Source of the DNA: Saccharolobus solfataricus
Lineage (GTDB): Archaea; Thermoproteota; Thermoprotei_A; Sulfolobales; Sulfolobaceae
Reading direction: 5' to 3'
NCBI RefSeq assembly: GCF_900079115.1
Contig: NZ_LT549890.1
Location: 1,410,001-1,442,000, forward strand
DNA: 32,000 bases
Below are positions 1 through 9,929 of this stretch, in pieces (the first letter of the stretch is position 1; each line of letters opens with the position of its first letter). A program made the position numbers and the translations under genes. The notes beneath the pieces were generated by a model. The model was given only the letters and a program-made list of their open reading frames with translations, was not told the origin of the DNA and searched no databases.

Positions 1-37
1 CCTAGCGGAATGTATAGATACCCTATAAGGTATTTGC

Positions 38-172
38 AATTATGAAGATCACTGTTGAGTAACTTAATTTATTGAGATGAAATACTTGTATTACCTTCCT
101 TTCAATTAACCTTAGAGTGTTCAATTTTAGGTTTCTAATACCTCTTTGTGAGAGTTCAACACAAGATAAGAG
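38..172 (-). mobile_element. Diverged copy of the ~130-bp MITE family (TGCTT...AAGCA ends) found elsewhere in the window
   Basis: The core ttaccttcctttcaattaacc...aattttagg...gttcaacacaag aligns by eye to the reverse complement of the 9373-9503 copy. The ends are degraded and no TSD is seen. Confidence 0.3.
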
Positions 173-276
173 GCCTATAAATATAAAGATATGTCGGACG
201 ACTATTATAGAAACTTTTTTATAAAATTTGGTCAACACAAGTATAATATGGAAAAGAAAAAGAGGTGTAATAGTGA

Positions 277-2772
277 TTGAAAAGATATAATTACCTCATA
301 ATAGCTGTATTAGGGATTTTATTAGTTATTCTTTCCACCTTTACAACATCCCTATCAATTTTAAATCCATTTCTCGGAATTTGGTACTCTTCTGGTAACG
401 TTAAAATTTTAAACGAAATCGTTTCAATCCCTGGCTTAATCGGCAACGTAAATATATGCATAGATAGCAATGGAATAGCTCACATTTACGCAACCAATCC
501 CGGCGACCTCTTTGTAGCTGAAGGCTATTACGAGGCTAGCCAGAGGTTGTTCGAAATGGAGCTACTTGGTCTTCTGTCCATGGGAAATTTAAGCTCTTGG
601 GTTGGTTCTAAAGCCTTATCTTCAGACATCGCTATGCATTTAATAGGAATACCTCAGAACGCAATAATGAGCTCACAATACTTAGAACAGAATTATCCAA
701 CAATTTACTTTTATCTGGAAGCCTTTTCTCAAGGTGTTAACGATTACATAAATACTCTAAACTATAGGAATTTGCCTTTAGAGTTCAAGTTATTAAACGT
801 TAAGCCTTATTATTGGTCTCCCGTATACTCGTTAGCCATCGGTGAATACATGGCGTGGAGCTTAACTTCCGGCTTTAGCGAAGAACTTGAATCCGGGCTT
901 CTTTACGCTTACTTTAACTACACTGAAATTAATGAAATTAACCCATATTATCCTCATTTCATAGATGGGAACCTCACTGTGGTCCCAGGTGATGGTACAG
1001 TTAACGGTTATAATTTAACCGATCAAGGGATTTCACCTCAGTATCTGTGGTCGCTAAACTGGTATCAGCCATGGGCTACTGGTATTAGTAAAGATCAGTT
1101 AAAAGAGTTAGTACCCCTAATGAAGTATGCCCTACTCAACATTTCGGATCCCTTTATCCCATTTCCGAAATTCGCAAGCAACTCATGGGTCATAACTTCC
1201 AACTTTTCCACTCAAGGTCCAATACTGGCTAATGACCCACATTTACCTTTATTCTCACCCTCATTGTGGATCCCATTACAGCTTATAGCAGCAATGTTTA
1301 ATGTGACTGGTTGGTCATTAGTTGGTATACCCGGAGTACTAATTGGGCACACACCTTACACTGCATGGGGATTGACTACACCCGAAGGAAGCTCCTCAAA
1401 CGCCTATCTGGAAATACTGAGAGAGAACGGACTTGAATACTACTATAACGGCAAATGGTATTTAACAGGTGTGTATTATTATACATTAATGGGGAAAACA
1501 TACACTGTCTACTATACGAATAATGGACCGCTAGTAGCTAGGTATAAGAATTACGGAATAAGCTTGTATTGGTCTGCATGGAAGGAGCCTATTCTTACAG
1601 TAGTTTCCATAATTCTTTTAGACAGTTCAACGTCCTTTAGCGATCTAATAAACGCAGCAAGGTATTGGGTAATTCCTCCACAGAACTTGGCAATCGTAAG
1701 TAGGCACCACGCAGGGATAATCGTAGCTGGGCTATATCCGCTCATAAATGAGACCTTACCTAACGGAAAAAGCGTGTTGGTAGTAGGTGCAAGAATGCCA
1801 TTAAACGGTACTACTGCGAAATACGAACCAATTGGTTACATACCCTTCAAATACCTACCGCAGACGTTTGATCCCTTAAGGGGTTTCGCTTTCGCACCTA
1901 ATCAGCCTACTGTTTGGATAAATTATCCATTCCCGTTCATTGGCGGATTCTGGAGCTCTGGTGGTAGGGCTGAGGACATTTATCATTATTTAGAGTATCA
2001 GCGATATGTTAACGTTAGCGATATGATGAAATTACAATCTAATGTAACCGATTATTGGGCATCACTACTTACTCCCCTTATAATAAAGGCTATAAACAAT
2101 AACGTGAACGGCAGTATCCAAGAAGCTGCGTTAAACTATTTACGTAATTGGAACTTCACGTTTTACCAAAACGAGGTCGCGCCAACAATATATACTTATA
2201 TAGTAGCTGAAATGGTGAACAATAGTATTGCGAAAATACTTAATAACACGGGTTTAGACATATTAGATATAGCTAGTATACCTTATATTGTACCTGACTT
2301 CATATACATTGCACAAAACGATCCAACATCAACTTGGGTCAATGGGAACTTCACTAACTTAGTTAGGCAGTCTTTTATTAAAGCAATCTCGTTATTAGAA
2401 GAGAATTTAGGAGACAATATAAGTCAATGGTATTGGGGAAGAGTACATTTCTTAGAAATTTACAACCCATTGGGATTAAAGGCACTTTCCGTTGGACCTA
2501 TTCCAATATTTGGTGATCCTCATACGCTTGCAGTTGGTTCAACTCCCTATATTCCCACAGTTCCTTTACCTTACGTAACAGTAGGTTCATCGCTCAGGTT
2601 TATAGCTTCACCATACTCTTCACAATTCTACGGGATATTTCCGGGAGGTCCCTCAGAGAGTCTAGTTAGTGAGTTTAGGGAGAATCAATTACCCTTATGG
2701 CTATCCTTCAAATACGTCTCCTATTCTGGGTATAATTACACTACAATAGCGAAAATATCATTAGAGCCGTGA
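277..2772 (+). CDS. Penicillin/AHL acylase family protein (Ntn hydrolase, peptidase S45-like), membrane-anchored or secreted
   Basis: 831-codon ORF with a TTG start and an N-terminal hydrophobic segment. The internal ASNSWVITS motif is the Ser nucleophile that opens the beta chain, and it is followed by ANDPHLPL. There are many N-x-S/T sequons, and the size is typical of the family. Confidence 0.85.
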   Translation: MKRYNYLIIAVLGILLVILSTFTTSLSILNPFLGIWYSSGNVKILNEIVSIPGLIGNVNICIDSNGIAHIYATNPGDLFVAEGYYEASQRLFEMELLGLLSMGNLSSWVGSKALSSDIAMHLIGIPQNAIMSSQYLEQNYPTIYFYLEAFSQGVNDYINTLNYRNLPLEFKLLNVKPYYWSPVYSLAIGEYMAWSLTSGFSEELESGLLYAYFNYTEINEINPYYPHFIDGNLTVVPGDGTVNGYNLTDQGISPQYLWSLNWYQPWATGISKDQLKELVPLMKYALLNISDPFIPFPKFASNSWVITSNFSTQGPILANDPHLPLFSPSLWIPLQLIAAMFNVTGWSLVGIPGVLIGHTPYTAWGLTTPEGSSSNAYLEILRENGLEYYYNGKWYLTGVYYYTLMGKTYTVYYTNNGPLVARYKNYGISLYWSAWKEPILTVVSIILLDSSTSFSDLINAARYWVIPPQNLAIVSRHHAGIIVAGLYPLINETLPNGKSVLVVGARMPLNGTTAKYEPIGYIPFKYLPQTFDPLRGFAFAPNQPTVWINYPFPFIGGFWSSGGRAEDIYHYLEYQRYVNVSDMMKLQSNVTDYWASLLTPLIIKAINNNVNGSIQEAALNYLRNWNFTFYQNEVAPTIYTYIVAEMVNNSIAKILNNTGLDILDIASIPYIVPDFIYIAQNDPTSTWVNGNFTNLVRQSFIKAISLLEENLGDNISQWYWGRVHFLEIYNPLGLKALSVGPIPIFGDPHTLAVGSTPYIPTVPLPYVTVGSSLRFIASPYSSQFYGIFPGGPSESLVSEFRENQLPLWLSFKYVSYSGYNYTTIAKISLEP

Positions 2773-3119
2773 TAGTGATGAAAGTTTCAAATATGATTTA
2801 CATTATCATTTCAATTGTACTAGCGTATATAATGCAAATCTTTGTATTGTATCCATTTACAGCCATAGTTGTAGGAGTACCATTAGGATTATTAAGCAGG
2901 AAATATTCAATGATAGGAAGTTTTCTCATAGGGTTCTTGTCCTCGCTTTCCCTTTACCTAATTTACCCTATTGACGGCGTTAGTAGGATGGCAGAAATAA
3001 TTGGACGATTAATTAACGCTAACCCATTTCTAGCTATACTTCTTTACCCACTAATTTATGGTACAATATCATTAATTAGTGCGCTATTATTCTATTATAT
3101 AATTAGAGTAAGTAAATAA
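2769..3119 (+). CDS. Small polytopic membrane protein, translationally coupled to the acylase gene
   Basis: 116 aa with about 4 hydrophobic helices. Its start overlaps the acylase stop by 4 bp. I recognise no family. Confidence 0.5.
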   Translation: MIVMKVSNMIYIIISIVLAYIMQIFVLYPFTAIVVGVPLGLLSRKYSMIGSFLIGFLSSLSLYLIYPIDGVSRMAEIIGRLINANPFLAILLYPLIYGTISLISALLFYYIIRVSK

Positions 3120-3284
3120 ATAATGTACTCTTGTTGGCTTTACGATAATCGTTTCTTTTTGTCTTATTTGGTGTTGTAGTAGTATTTTCTTACATAACCT
3201 ATCTGTTATTCTCGTAATTTCTCACCTCTCCTTATCCCAAGGATGTGAAGAGGGAAGACTTTTACTCGTCCTTTTATTTATAAC

Positions 3285-3375
3285 ATTAATATCAGAGGAT
3301 AATTCTATTAAAATAGAGAAAACGCTTAATAATATTACTGATTTATTTTCAAAAGGATGATTTTGGGTCTACCAG
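3285..3375 (+). mobile_element. Solo right-end remnant of the ISC1225-type element
   Basis: tgattttgggtctacc(a)g at 3358-3375 matches the right terminus at 22272-22289. About 70 bp further inward shows looser similarity (gataattctatta, ttattttcaaaagg). No matching left end lies nearby. Confidence 0.45.
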
Positions 3376-3449
3376 TGAGGGCGGAGTAGTTCACTAATAT
3401 TGAGTACAATCAGATCAACGAACATATAATTAAGGGATTACGCTGAGAA

Positions 3450-3773
3450 ATGCCTAAAGCTAGTTTGCCTTACTATTCCGAAGTGTTGATAGGAGTTAGG
3501 AAATGTATGAACGTTTTAGTTACCAAGAGTTTGGTAGAGGTTAGAGAAACTGAAGACTACTCACTACTTTTCTTCCTAGGTGCATTCTTCGGAGCTTTCC
3601 TAGTATTGTTTGAAGCTAGAATTGCAAATTGCTGTACGTTTGGTCACATACTGTCCGGAAACCTACAGATGGTGATTTCGAGTTTCGCATTCCTAATTGC
3701 AGTAATGTTAGGAGTGTGGATAACTTTAAGCTTAGTGTTGAGACTGAGAATTAACAGCATAGGATATAGGTGA
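3450..3773 (+). CDS. Membrane protein, possibly a 5'-truncated YeeE/YedE-like (sulfur-transport family) fragment
   Basis: 107 aa with hydrophobic helices and a CCTFGHILSG motif that resembles the conserved Cys-containing loop of YeeE/YedE proteins. IS debris lies directly upstream, so the N-terminus is doubtful. Confidence 0.35.
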   Translation: MPKASLPYYSEVLIGVRKCMNVLVTKSLVEVRETEDYSLLFFLGAFFGAFLVLFEARIANCCTFGHILSGNLQMVISSFAFLIAVMLGVWITLSLVLRLRINSIGYR

Positions 3774-3845
3774 ACTACTATATAGATGATAAGGGATACT
3801 TTCTCTCTTTATGGAAATATATATATAGCAATATCTTTTTTCCTT

Positions 3846-5099
3846 TCACTTTTTCCTATTCTCATGTGCTTTCACTTCCCTTAACGTTTCATACACTAAA
3901 ATTCCTATAAATAGCGTAACAACACCTATTTCCAAAGAGTTTAAGCCGAGTGAAATCATGAATAGTGCTGAAAGTATTATTGCGAAAACTTGGATTACTG
4001 GAAAAGCGGGAGATCTGAAACTTCCCCTTAGACCTTTCCTTCTGACAATTATGACTTCCAGACCAGTAAGCATATAGGAAAATATGATCCCGAAATTACT
4101 GGCTAACGCTATTGCCTCCACGTTCCCTAATAGTAGCGATGCTAACATTATCCCACCTACAACTAATAGCTCGTGTTTTACTGGTAATTGGAAATCCCTT
4201 GACAATTGCCTTAAAGTCCTTTCACTGGCAACAATGATGGATAAGGTTACGCTAATAGTTGCTAGGATTGCTGATATTGAAGTAATTAGGAACAACCATG
4301 TGGGAGCGTGAATTTGGGATAGGGCTAAGGAGAGAGGGGCTGAAGTTTGACCGTAATAGTACCAAGGCATTGCGTCAACCATGGAGAATATAACTGAGAT
4401 ATAGATTATTGAGGTTATTATTAACGACATCACAATCGCCCTTGGGATTACCTTTTCACCGTTTTTAGTTGATGGCGTTAGTGTGACAATTGTGTTAAAG
4501 CCGGAATAGGAGAAAAAGGCCAAATTCGACGTTGTCAATACTCCTTGTATTCCATGGGGAAACAACGGTACGAAATTATGTACTTTTATCCCTACTATAA
4601 TGGGGATTGTTAATGAGAAGAGTATTAGACTTGAAATGTTTATTATCACAAATATCGTATCGACTTCAGCAACTGTCCCTATCCCGAAATAGTCCAAAAC
4701 CAGTAAGATTACGATGAGTATCACAGCTAAAGTGTAGTAAAGCGTTTTGGGTAGACCAAATAGTAGGAGATAGCCCGAAAAGCCTAGAGCAGTTGCAGCT
4801 CCGCCAATTACATATGATATTACCCTAAACCAACCCACTAGGAATCCGGACATTTCCCCTAAGGTCTTTAAGGTAAAACTGTAAACTCCTCCTTCAACGT
4901 CAGTGAAAATCGAGGATAATTCTGCACTATTTAATCCAATTGACATTGCGAAAATTGCAGTAAATATAAAGGCTATTATTGCTCCAGGCCCAGCGACGCT
5001 TATCGTCGAACCCGCCATAACGAATATACCAGCTCCTATTATGTTTCCTAAACCAATGAATAAAGCTTGCCAAAAGGTCAGTAGTTTCTTTTCACTCAT
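3846..5099 (-). CDS. Amino acid permease (APC superfamily)
   Basis: 417 aa with about 12 TM helices. The N-terminal GNIIGAGIFV motif is typical of APC transporters. Confidence 0.85.
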   Translation of the reverse strand: MSEKKLLTFWQALFIGLGNIIGAGIFVMAGSTISVAGPGAIIAFIFTAIFAMSIGLNSAELSSIFTDVEGGVYSFTLKTLGEMSGFLVGWFRVISYVIGGAATALGFSGYLLLFGLPKTLYYTLAVILIVILLVLDYFGIGTVAEVDTIFVIINISSLILFSLTIPIIVGIKVHNFVPLFPHGIQGVLTTSNLAFFSYSGFNTIVTLTPSTKNGEKVIPRAIVMSLIITSIIYISVIFSMVDAMPWYYYGQTSAPLSLALSQIHAPTWLFLITSISAILATISVTLSIIVASERTLRQLSRDFQLPVKHELLVVGGIMLASLLLGNVEAIALASNFGIIFSYMLTGLEVIIVRRKGLRGSFRSPAFPVIQVFAIILSALFMISLGLNSLEIGVVTLFIGILVYETLREVKAHENRKK

Positions 5100-5204
5100 T
5101 GGTTTAACTAGTTTTCTCCAGTTTTAAATATCCATCTTTCAATTTTATATTAGATTTGGGAAAAAGCTTAAAAAAGGGAAATATCTTCCTTTAAATCGAT
5201 AAAA

Positions 5205-6767
5205 ATGAATAAATATATTTTAGTTTCTGTATTATTAATCTTGGTAACTGTAAGTGGAGTTATAGGTTACCTAGTGGGAAGTACAAACCACGAAACTACG
5301 CAAACTATAGTACAAGGGCAAAAGATAATAGTATATCCACAGAGTGATCCTGCGAATTTAGGAAATGGTGAAGACTACCTAATAAACCCAGTATTTCCAT
5401 ATCACACGATAGCTGCACAATATGCCTATGTTACTCCAGGTGAAGGTTTAGTATTTATAGGAAATCCCTACATTTCTGGTAATGGCTATTTAGCAGGTGC
5501 TAAAGGGGCTGCAGTAGTTTCCTCAATGTTAGCCTACCAACCCTTAACTAGCTATAACTATTATCTGTATATTAATTCTCCGAGTTGCATTAACGTGGGT
5601 GGTGCAGTAAAGACTGATTCCGCTACAGTTATGTATTTAGCATCAATGCTAAATGAACAATCTTCATTAAATAAGTCGTTATACTTCTTAGGGGATGTTG
5701 GCTTAGAAGGTTACATGTACTCAACTGGTGTTGTATACCAAAGGATTGTACAATTGTATGAGGGAGGAATTTATTACTTGGTAGTTCCTCAAATGATGGC
5801 TCTGGCTGAGGGTCAAAATTACCAAATGGCATTACAATTCGCTAAAGAGCATGGAGAAGTTTTGTATACAGTCTCATCAATACCACAAATTTATCAAATA
5901 GTAACACAATCACAATTACCCCAACAAAAAGGTTACATTGATTTCCCAATCAATTTCAGTGCTGGTTTTCAGTACTTAAGCCAAATTTACAGTACGTTGT
6001 ACAATGGAAGTATTAATGCTACTGCAAAGGCTATGGCTCAAAAGTATTGGAGTGAAGCTGAGAGTTTAGCAAAGAGTGGAAATTATACCACCTTTTACTT
6101 CTTACCGAACCCCGCAGTTAACGCAATTGAATTACTTTATCAGAACAATTATAATTTATCAGCTGAAGTTGATAAGGCAATTTTAGAAGCAAGTAATTTG
6201 AGCAATTTGTGGAAGATCGAAACTGCTAGCGAAGCTGCATATTTATTTACCGGTAATTTATCAGATAAGATATTGGCTAACGCTTGGGCTTCCTTGAGTT
6301 TGTCCATAAATGTAGGATCGTCCATTACACCCTATGGTTTCTATCGGGGATTGTATAATGCGTTTATAATTGATTTATACGCAGCTGAGTATGTTGATAG
6401 TGTTACCAACTCTCAATATGGTAACATTTCGCTACTATTACAAACGTATAGAAATCCTAACGTGATATATGACTTTGGTTTCTTCTCCAACTACTACGCT
6501 AAGATGAGTATAAAGTTTAGAGATTACTTCTTAAAGCAGTTGAACACTACGGATCAACAAGTAGTGTTGAATTCAATTTACTCATATATGGCAAACGAGA
6601 CTCAAATACTTGAGAACGCAGCAGCCTATTACGATGGACCTTCAGTTGTCGGCTATTTAATGATGAGTCATGGAATGCAGACTCACAATTTGGCTCTACT
6701 TTACTATTCAATGCCCTTCACGAGGTTTGTCATGAATATGGAGGAGCTAACTTGGCAACTAGGATAA
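5205..6767 (+). CDS. N-terminally anchored extracellular protein with a weak Lon-protease-like (S16) segment
   Basis: 520 aa with a single N-terminal TM helix and many sequons. Residues ~125-200 ([18 protein letters not shown]...[34 protein letters not shown]) align by eye to the Lon proteolytic domain around its DGPSAG serine. Confidence 0.7.
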   Translation: MNKYILVSVLLILVTVSGVIGYLVGSTNHETTQTIVQGQKIIVYPQSDPANLGNGEDYLINPVFPYHTIAAQYAYVTPGEGLVFIGNPYISGNGYLAGAKGAAVVSSMLAYQPLTSYNYYLYINSPSCINVGGAVKTDSATVMYLASMLNEQSSLNKSLYFLGDVGLEGYMYSTGVVYQRIVQLYEGGIYYLVVPQMMALAEGQNYQMALQFAKEHGEVLYTVSSIPQIYQIVTQSQLPQQKGYIDFPINFSAGFQYLSQIYSTLYNGSINATAKAMAQKYWSEAESLAKSGNYTTFYFLPNPAVNAIELLYQNNYNLSAEVDKAILEASNLSNLWKIETASEAAYLFTGNLSDKILANAWASLSLSINVGSSITPYGFYRGLYNAFIIDLYAAEYVDSVTNSQYGNISLLLQTYRNPNVIYDFGFFSNYYAKMSIKFRDYFLKQLNTTDQQVVLNSIYSYMANETQILENAAAYYDGPSVVGYLMMSHGMQTHNLALLYYSMPFTRFVMNMEELTWQLG

Positions 6768-7394
6768 GGTAAGATTCTCTTTTTTATTTTTATTTGTTAA
6801 TATAAATTCTATTGATAACTTTATTCCCCTTATCATAGTATCTAAACTCATGGATGGAATAGATCGTTGTATTCTCGCGGCATATGACTCGTGTAAGGGA
6901 ACGTGAATGAAACCACCTAAGCTATTGTACTTTCTAGCTTCCCTAATTATGATGTACATTGCGTTATTACAAAGATAGCTACCAGCACTTAAGCTTAATT
7001 CAGCTGGTATTCCGTTTTCATTTAATAAGTCTACAAGGTCCTCTACTGGTATATTCGTAAAGATACCGTCTTGCCCTAAGGGGTCAATCTTCTCTCCCCT
7101 ATACTTCTTTCCAGCGTTATCTCCTTCCCTTGAATACCTATAGTTTATGGCTATCTTCTCTGGAGTTATCTTCGCTCTACCCGGGGCTAAACCAATTCCC
7201 AAAGTTAATATTGGTTTCGTCTCCCTAATTTTCGTAACTATCACATCCTCTATCTTCTTATACTCAACTGGCAGTATCACACCTTTGACCTCTTCCTTTA
7301 ATATGGTACTTCTATTTAAGGCTTCAACAATTAACTGAGATGGATTTTCCTTGTATTCCAAAAAGGGTTCAAAACCAAACAAGAGAACTGTCAT
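6759..7394 (-). CDS. pcp: Pyrrolidone-carboxylate (pyroglutamyl) peptidase I
   Basis: 211 aa. It has the [12 protein letters not shown]-terminus, the GSYLCNN Cys nucleophile motif and the IHVP His motif of peptidase family C15. Confidence 0.9.
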   Translation of the reverse strand: MTVLLFGFEPFLEYKENPSQLIVEALNRSTILKEEVKGVILPVEYKKIEDVIVTKIRETKPILTLGIGLAPGRAKITPEKIAINYRYSREGDNAGKKYRGEKIDPLGQDGIFTNIPVEDLVDLLNENGIPAELSLSAGSYLCNNAMYIIIREARKYNSLGGFIHVPLHESYAARIQRSIPSMSLDTMIRGIKLSIEFILTNKNKKENLTLS

Positions 7395-7490
7395 ACTAAT
7401 CTCTTTAACGCTCAGACTATTAACTTTATTTTTTTTTCTTTTCTCTCTCCTCTTACGAAGGTTGGGGAGAGTTTAGAAAAGACCTTTCTC

Positions 7491-7570
7491 TAGCATTTTG
7501 GAAAAGTTCTTAGACTATGATCTAGTGGTATATCCTTTGCCTATAAGCCATAAACTTTCTGAAAGCACTA
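7491..7570. mobile_element. 80-bp MITE (size class of Sulfolobus SM1) flanked by a TC dinucleotide duplication
   Basis: It is near-identical to the 79-bp copy at 13750-13828. The ends are imperfectly inverted (TAGCATTTTGGAAAAG / CTTTCTGAAAGCACTA), and TC occurs at 7489-7490 and 7571-7572. Confidence 0.6.
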
Positions 7571-7619
7571 TCGTTAAGCCGGAACATTCAGCAATTGCAG
7601 TTGCAAGTAGAAGTGTTAA

Positions 7620-9058
7620 CAGTGGTGTTTCACCAAATTATTTCATTTGAAAGATATAATATTAGTCCTTTCAAAAAGAGATTGATATAGAGAAAAACAA
7701 TAAAATTATTATGAAACATAACATGTTAAGGTAATTTGCAAAAAATATAGCGTACAATTCTAATAATAAGAGGAGAATTCTGAATTTTTCTCACGTGGTG
7801 AAAACGACGTGCATAGTCTCCTCTGAACACCGAGAAAGTTAGAGAAGCTTGACGAATGAATCGAAGGACAAAACCTTCTTACACGTGGACTTGAAGTTAA
7901 AGAGAAGATGATTCACTAGATTCCACGCAGAATCCAGAACCGTGTAATAGAGGAACAAGAAGATCTTGTTACTCAACTTCCTAACATACCTTATCCTTGC
8001 CTTCCTAACCTTAAAACCCTCCTCAACCTGCCACCTCAACCTATAGAGTTCAGCCAGTTCATAGGGATCTCCCTCGAAGTTCGTCACGAACATAAAGTGC
8101 CTCGGCTTTCCCTTAACGTAAACCACATCGTAATAATAAAGCCCTTCAAATTTCAAGACCCTATACGCAACGTAAACCTTGTCCTTAACCTCGTATCTCT
8201 TCTCAACTAATGGAACGTTAGATAGTTCCTTGAATCCCTTCAAGTTCGACTTTCCTCTCACAATGGTCTTCACGGGCATTTCCTTGATGACCCCTAGGTT
8301 CAAGAATCCGGCGTCAGCTACAACGTAATCTATTTCCATGTATTGGCTTACTTCCCTCACGCTCCTGAGTAGGAACTGTGATGGACTGTCGCTTCTCAAA
8401 TCTGCTACCTCCACTAGGAGGGGTAACCTTAAGGGATATACGAGGTCCAAGGATCTCATCTTTACTCCTTTTCTCTTCCAGTTGTAGAGTAGAAAGCCCT
8501 CTGCTTTTTCTTGTTCCTTTTCTCCCACGGTTAATCCGGTCTCATCTACAGCGACTACGTTGATCTCTCCCTTTACTTCTCTGTAGATTGGGTAGAACTT
8601 GAAGGTTCTCTGACCTTTACTAATTACTTTCTCGCCTCGTCTTACTACCTTCAAGTAGTATTTTCCTCTGTTTCCGGTTAGCAAGGATGGTGCTGCTTTC
8701 ACTATTTCCGGGTCTAGATCTTGAGAGATAACGTTAATATTGTTTGTTGCTAAATTTATAGCGAGGGACTTCAGCTCCGTTTTGGATACTTGTATGGTTT
8801 GCATAACGGAGTTATGGAGTCCCTCGCTTTAACCTTTTCTTGTTCATCTCGTCCTTCCACCTACTTTCCTCTATTGATAATACTAGACAAATGGTATTAC
8901 TCTTTATATATAAACTCGTTTTCTGTTAGTTTCTTCAACAAATATGAAAATTTTTTGCTTCTTGTGTTGAAATAAGCCGATTTTTCTAACTCCGCTCTGA
9001 TATTTTTCTCTTCCATAGAAATTGTATCATTTTGAGTAAAATTGGTGAAACACCACTG
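7620..9058 (-). mobile_element. ISC1439 copy 1 (exactly 1439 bp)
   Basis: Terminal inverted repeats are CAGTGGTGTTTCACCAA and its complement. The 9-bp TSD AAGTGTTAA sits at 7611-7619 and 9059-9067. It is ~99% identical to the copy at 15004-16442. Confidence 0.9.
7839..8804 (-). CDS. ISC1439 transposase (DDE type)
   Basis: 321-aa ORF fills the element. It is identical to the other copy except at codons 4-7 and codon 17. Confidence 0.85.
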   Translation of the reverse strand: MQTIQVSKTELKSLAINLATNNINVISQDLDPEIVKAAPSLLTGNRGKYYLKVVRRGEKVISKGQRTFKFYPIYREVKGEINVVAVDETGLTVGEKEQEKAEGFLLYNWKRKGVKMRSLDLVYPLRLPLLVEVADLRSDSPSQFLLRSVREVSQYMEIDYVVADAGFLNLGVIKEMPVKTIVRGKSNLKGFKELSNVPLVEKRYEVKDKVYVAYRVLKFEGLYYYDVVYVKGKPRHFMFVTNFEGDPYELAELYRLRWQVEEGFKVRKARIRYVRKLSNKIFLFLYYTVLDSAWNLVNHLLFNFKSTCKKVLSFDSFVKLL

Positions 9059-9372
9059 AAGTGTTAACGTTTTATCAACTCCCATGATGATTGTCTTTAT
9101 GGAAAACGTCTTCATGGAGTTGGTACAAAAATATTTAAAAAAGGGGAAGACAGCTGTAGGCTATCGCGTAGACGTTAAGCACTTAATGTCAGTTGGTATT
9201 GGTAAGGAAATAAGAGTGAAAGCAACGCTAAAAGAGGTTAATGGTAGAAGGTTTAAGTTCGAGGTTGAAGCCTTTTACGAAGACAAGAAAATTGGTGAGG
9301 GATTTCATGAGAGGGTAATAATTTATGAGGTTGAATTCATGAAGAGGGTTTTATAATATTTCTCAGAACCTC

Positions 9373-9503
9373 TGCTTTGTGGACTTGTTGAATTTTTAGC
9401 AAACGTTTAAGATATCTTACAGGCCTAAATTGTAGACCTTGAGATTAATTGAAAGGAAGATAATAGCGGTTTAGTTAGAAATATTCAACAGATCAACTAA
9501 GCA
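9373..9503 (+). mobile_element. 131-bp MITE (size class of Sulfolobus SM3) with a 9-bp TSD
   Basis: Ends are TGCTTTGTGGAC... and ...ATCAACTAAGCA, which are imperfect inverted repeats. A perfect direct repeat CAGAACCTC sits at 9364-9372 and 9504-9512. Confidence 0.75.
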
Positions 9504-9706
9504 CAGAACCTCTAAAACTTATGTGTAATTATATTTAGTATCTGACGTTTCAACGTTTACTGTTAGTAAATCCTCAGTATTATAACTGATCTTAGCTACG
9601 TCTTTTCTCTCAAGTTCTAAGTATAAGTCTTTCCTAATTCCCTTATTGAAACTGTGTTAGGGGTAATAGCTTAAGCAATGTAAGAAATCACCAATATCGT
9701 ATTGTT

Positions 9707-9737
9707 GGGAGTGTTCTCATGCAGTCATCTTATTCGA
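9707..9737 (+). repeat. Solo copy of the terminal repeat of the 433-bp element at 11703-12135
   Basis: 31 nt (gggagtgttctcatgcagtcatcttattcga) are identical to 11704-11734. No partner end lies nearby. Confidence 0.5.
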
Positions 9738-9929
9738 ACGGATTTCTATTATTTATTACGAGGCTTTATGTCCTAACCCATTTCTTTCGTCTCTTTATTA
9801 AGTAGCTTAATGAAGATATTAGTCCACAATCTTTACTAAAAGTATCTAACGGATCTTACAAAAATTACTCGAACTTAATCATAGTCGTAGAGATCAACAT
9901 CTTCTTTTAACTCGGTAGGTTAATAGGAA

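Larger units (their letters stand above)
7455..9356 (+). pseudogene. Hotdog-fold thioesterase gene split by an 80-bp MITE and by ISC1439
   Basis: I removed 7491-7572 (80 bp plus the 2-bp TC duplication) and 7620-9067 (1439 bp plus the 9-bp duplication). This joins ...[11 protein letters not shown] | VKPEHSAIAVASRSVN | VLSTPMMIVFMENVF...VGYRVDVKHL...GEGFHERVIIY in one frame. That is a typical 4HBT/fluoroacetyl-CoA-thioesterase-like sequence. Confidence 0.7.

Noticed and set aside
23-238. 71-aa minus-strand ORF at the window start
   Set aside because: It lies in AT-rich DNA and largely overlaps a degraded MITE copy. It has no recognisable motif or coupling to a neighbour.
1551-1745. 64-aa ORF antisense to the acylase gene
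   Set aside because: It is embedded in, and antisense to, a well-supported 831-codon gene. Its composition is typical of a shadow ORF.
4084-5127. Two plus-strand ORFs (4084-4311, 4903-5127) inside the permease gene
   Set aside because: They are antisense shadow ORFs of a 12-TM transporter gene. The same reasoning applies to 5629-5832, 7147-7338, 10978-11295, 22884-23153 and 24591-24998.
8790-9115. ORFs 8790-8975 and 8897-9115 at the end of ISC1439 (the second crosses the IS boundary)
   Set aside because: They lie in the non-coding terminal region, which is present identically in both ISC1439 copies. The ORF at 8897-9115 owes its start to flanking host DNA, so it is an insertion artefact.
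9084-9356. The 90-aa ORF taken as an independent gene starting MMIVFMENV
   Set aside because: The reading frame continues upstream across the ISC1439 insertion point into 7573-7619. It is the 3' part of a split thioesterase gene, not a gene of its own.
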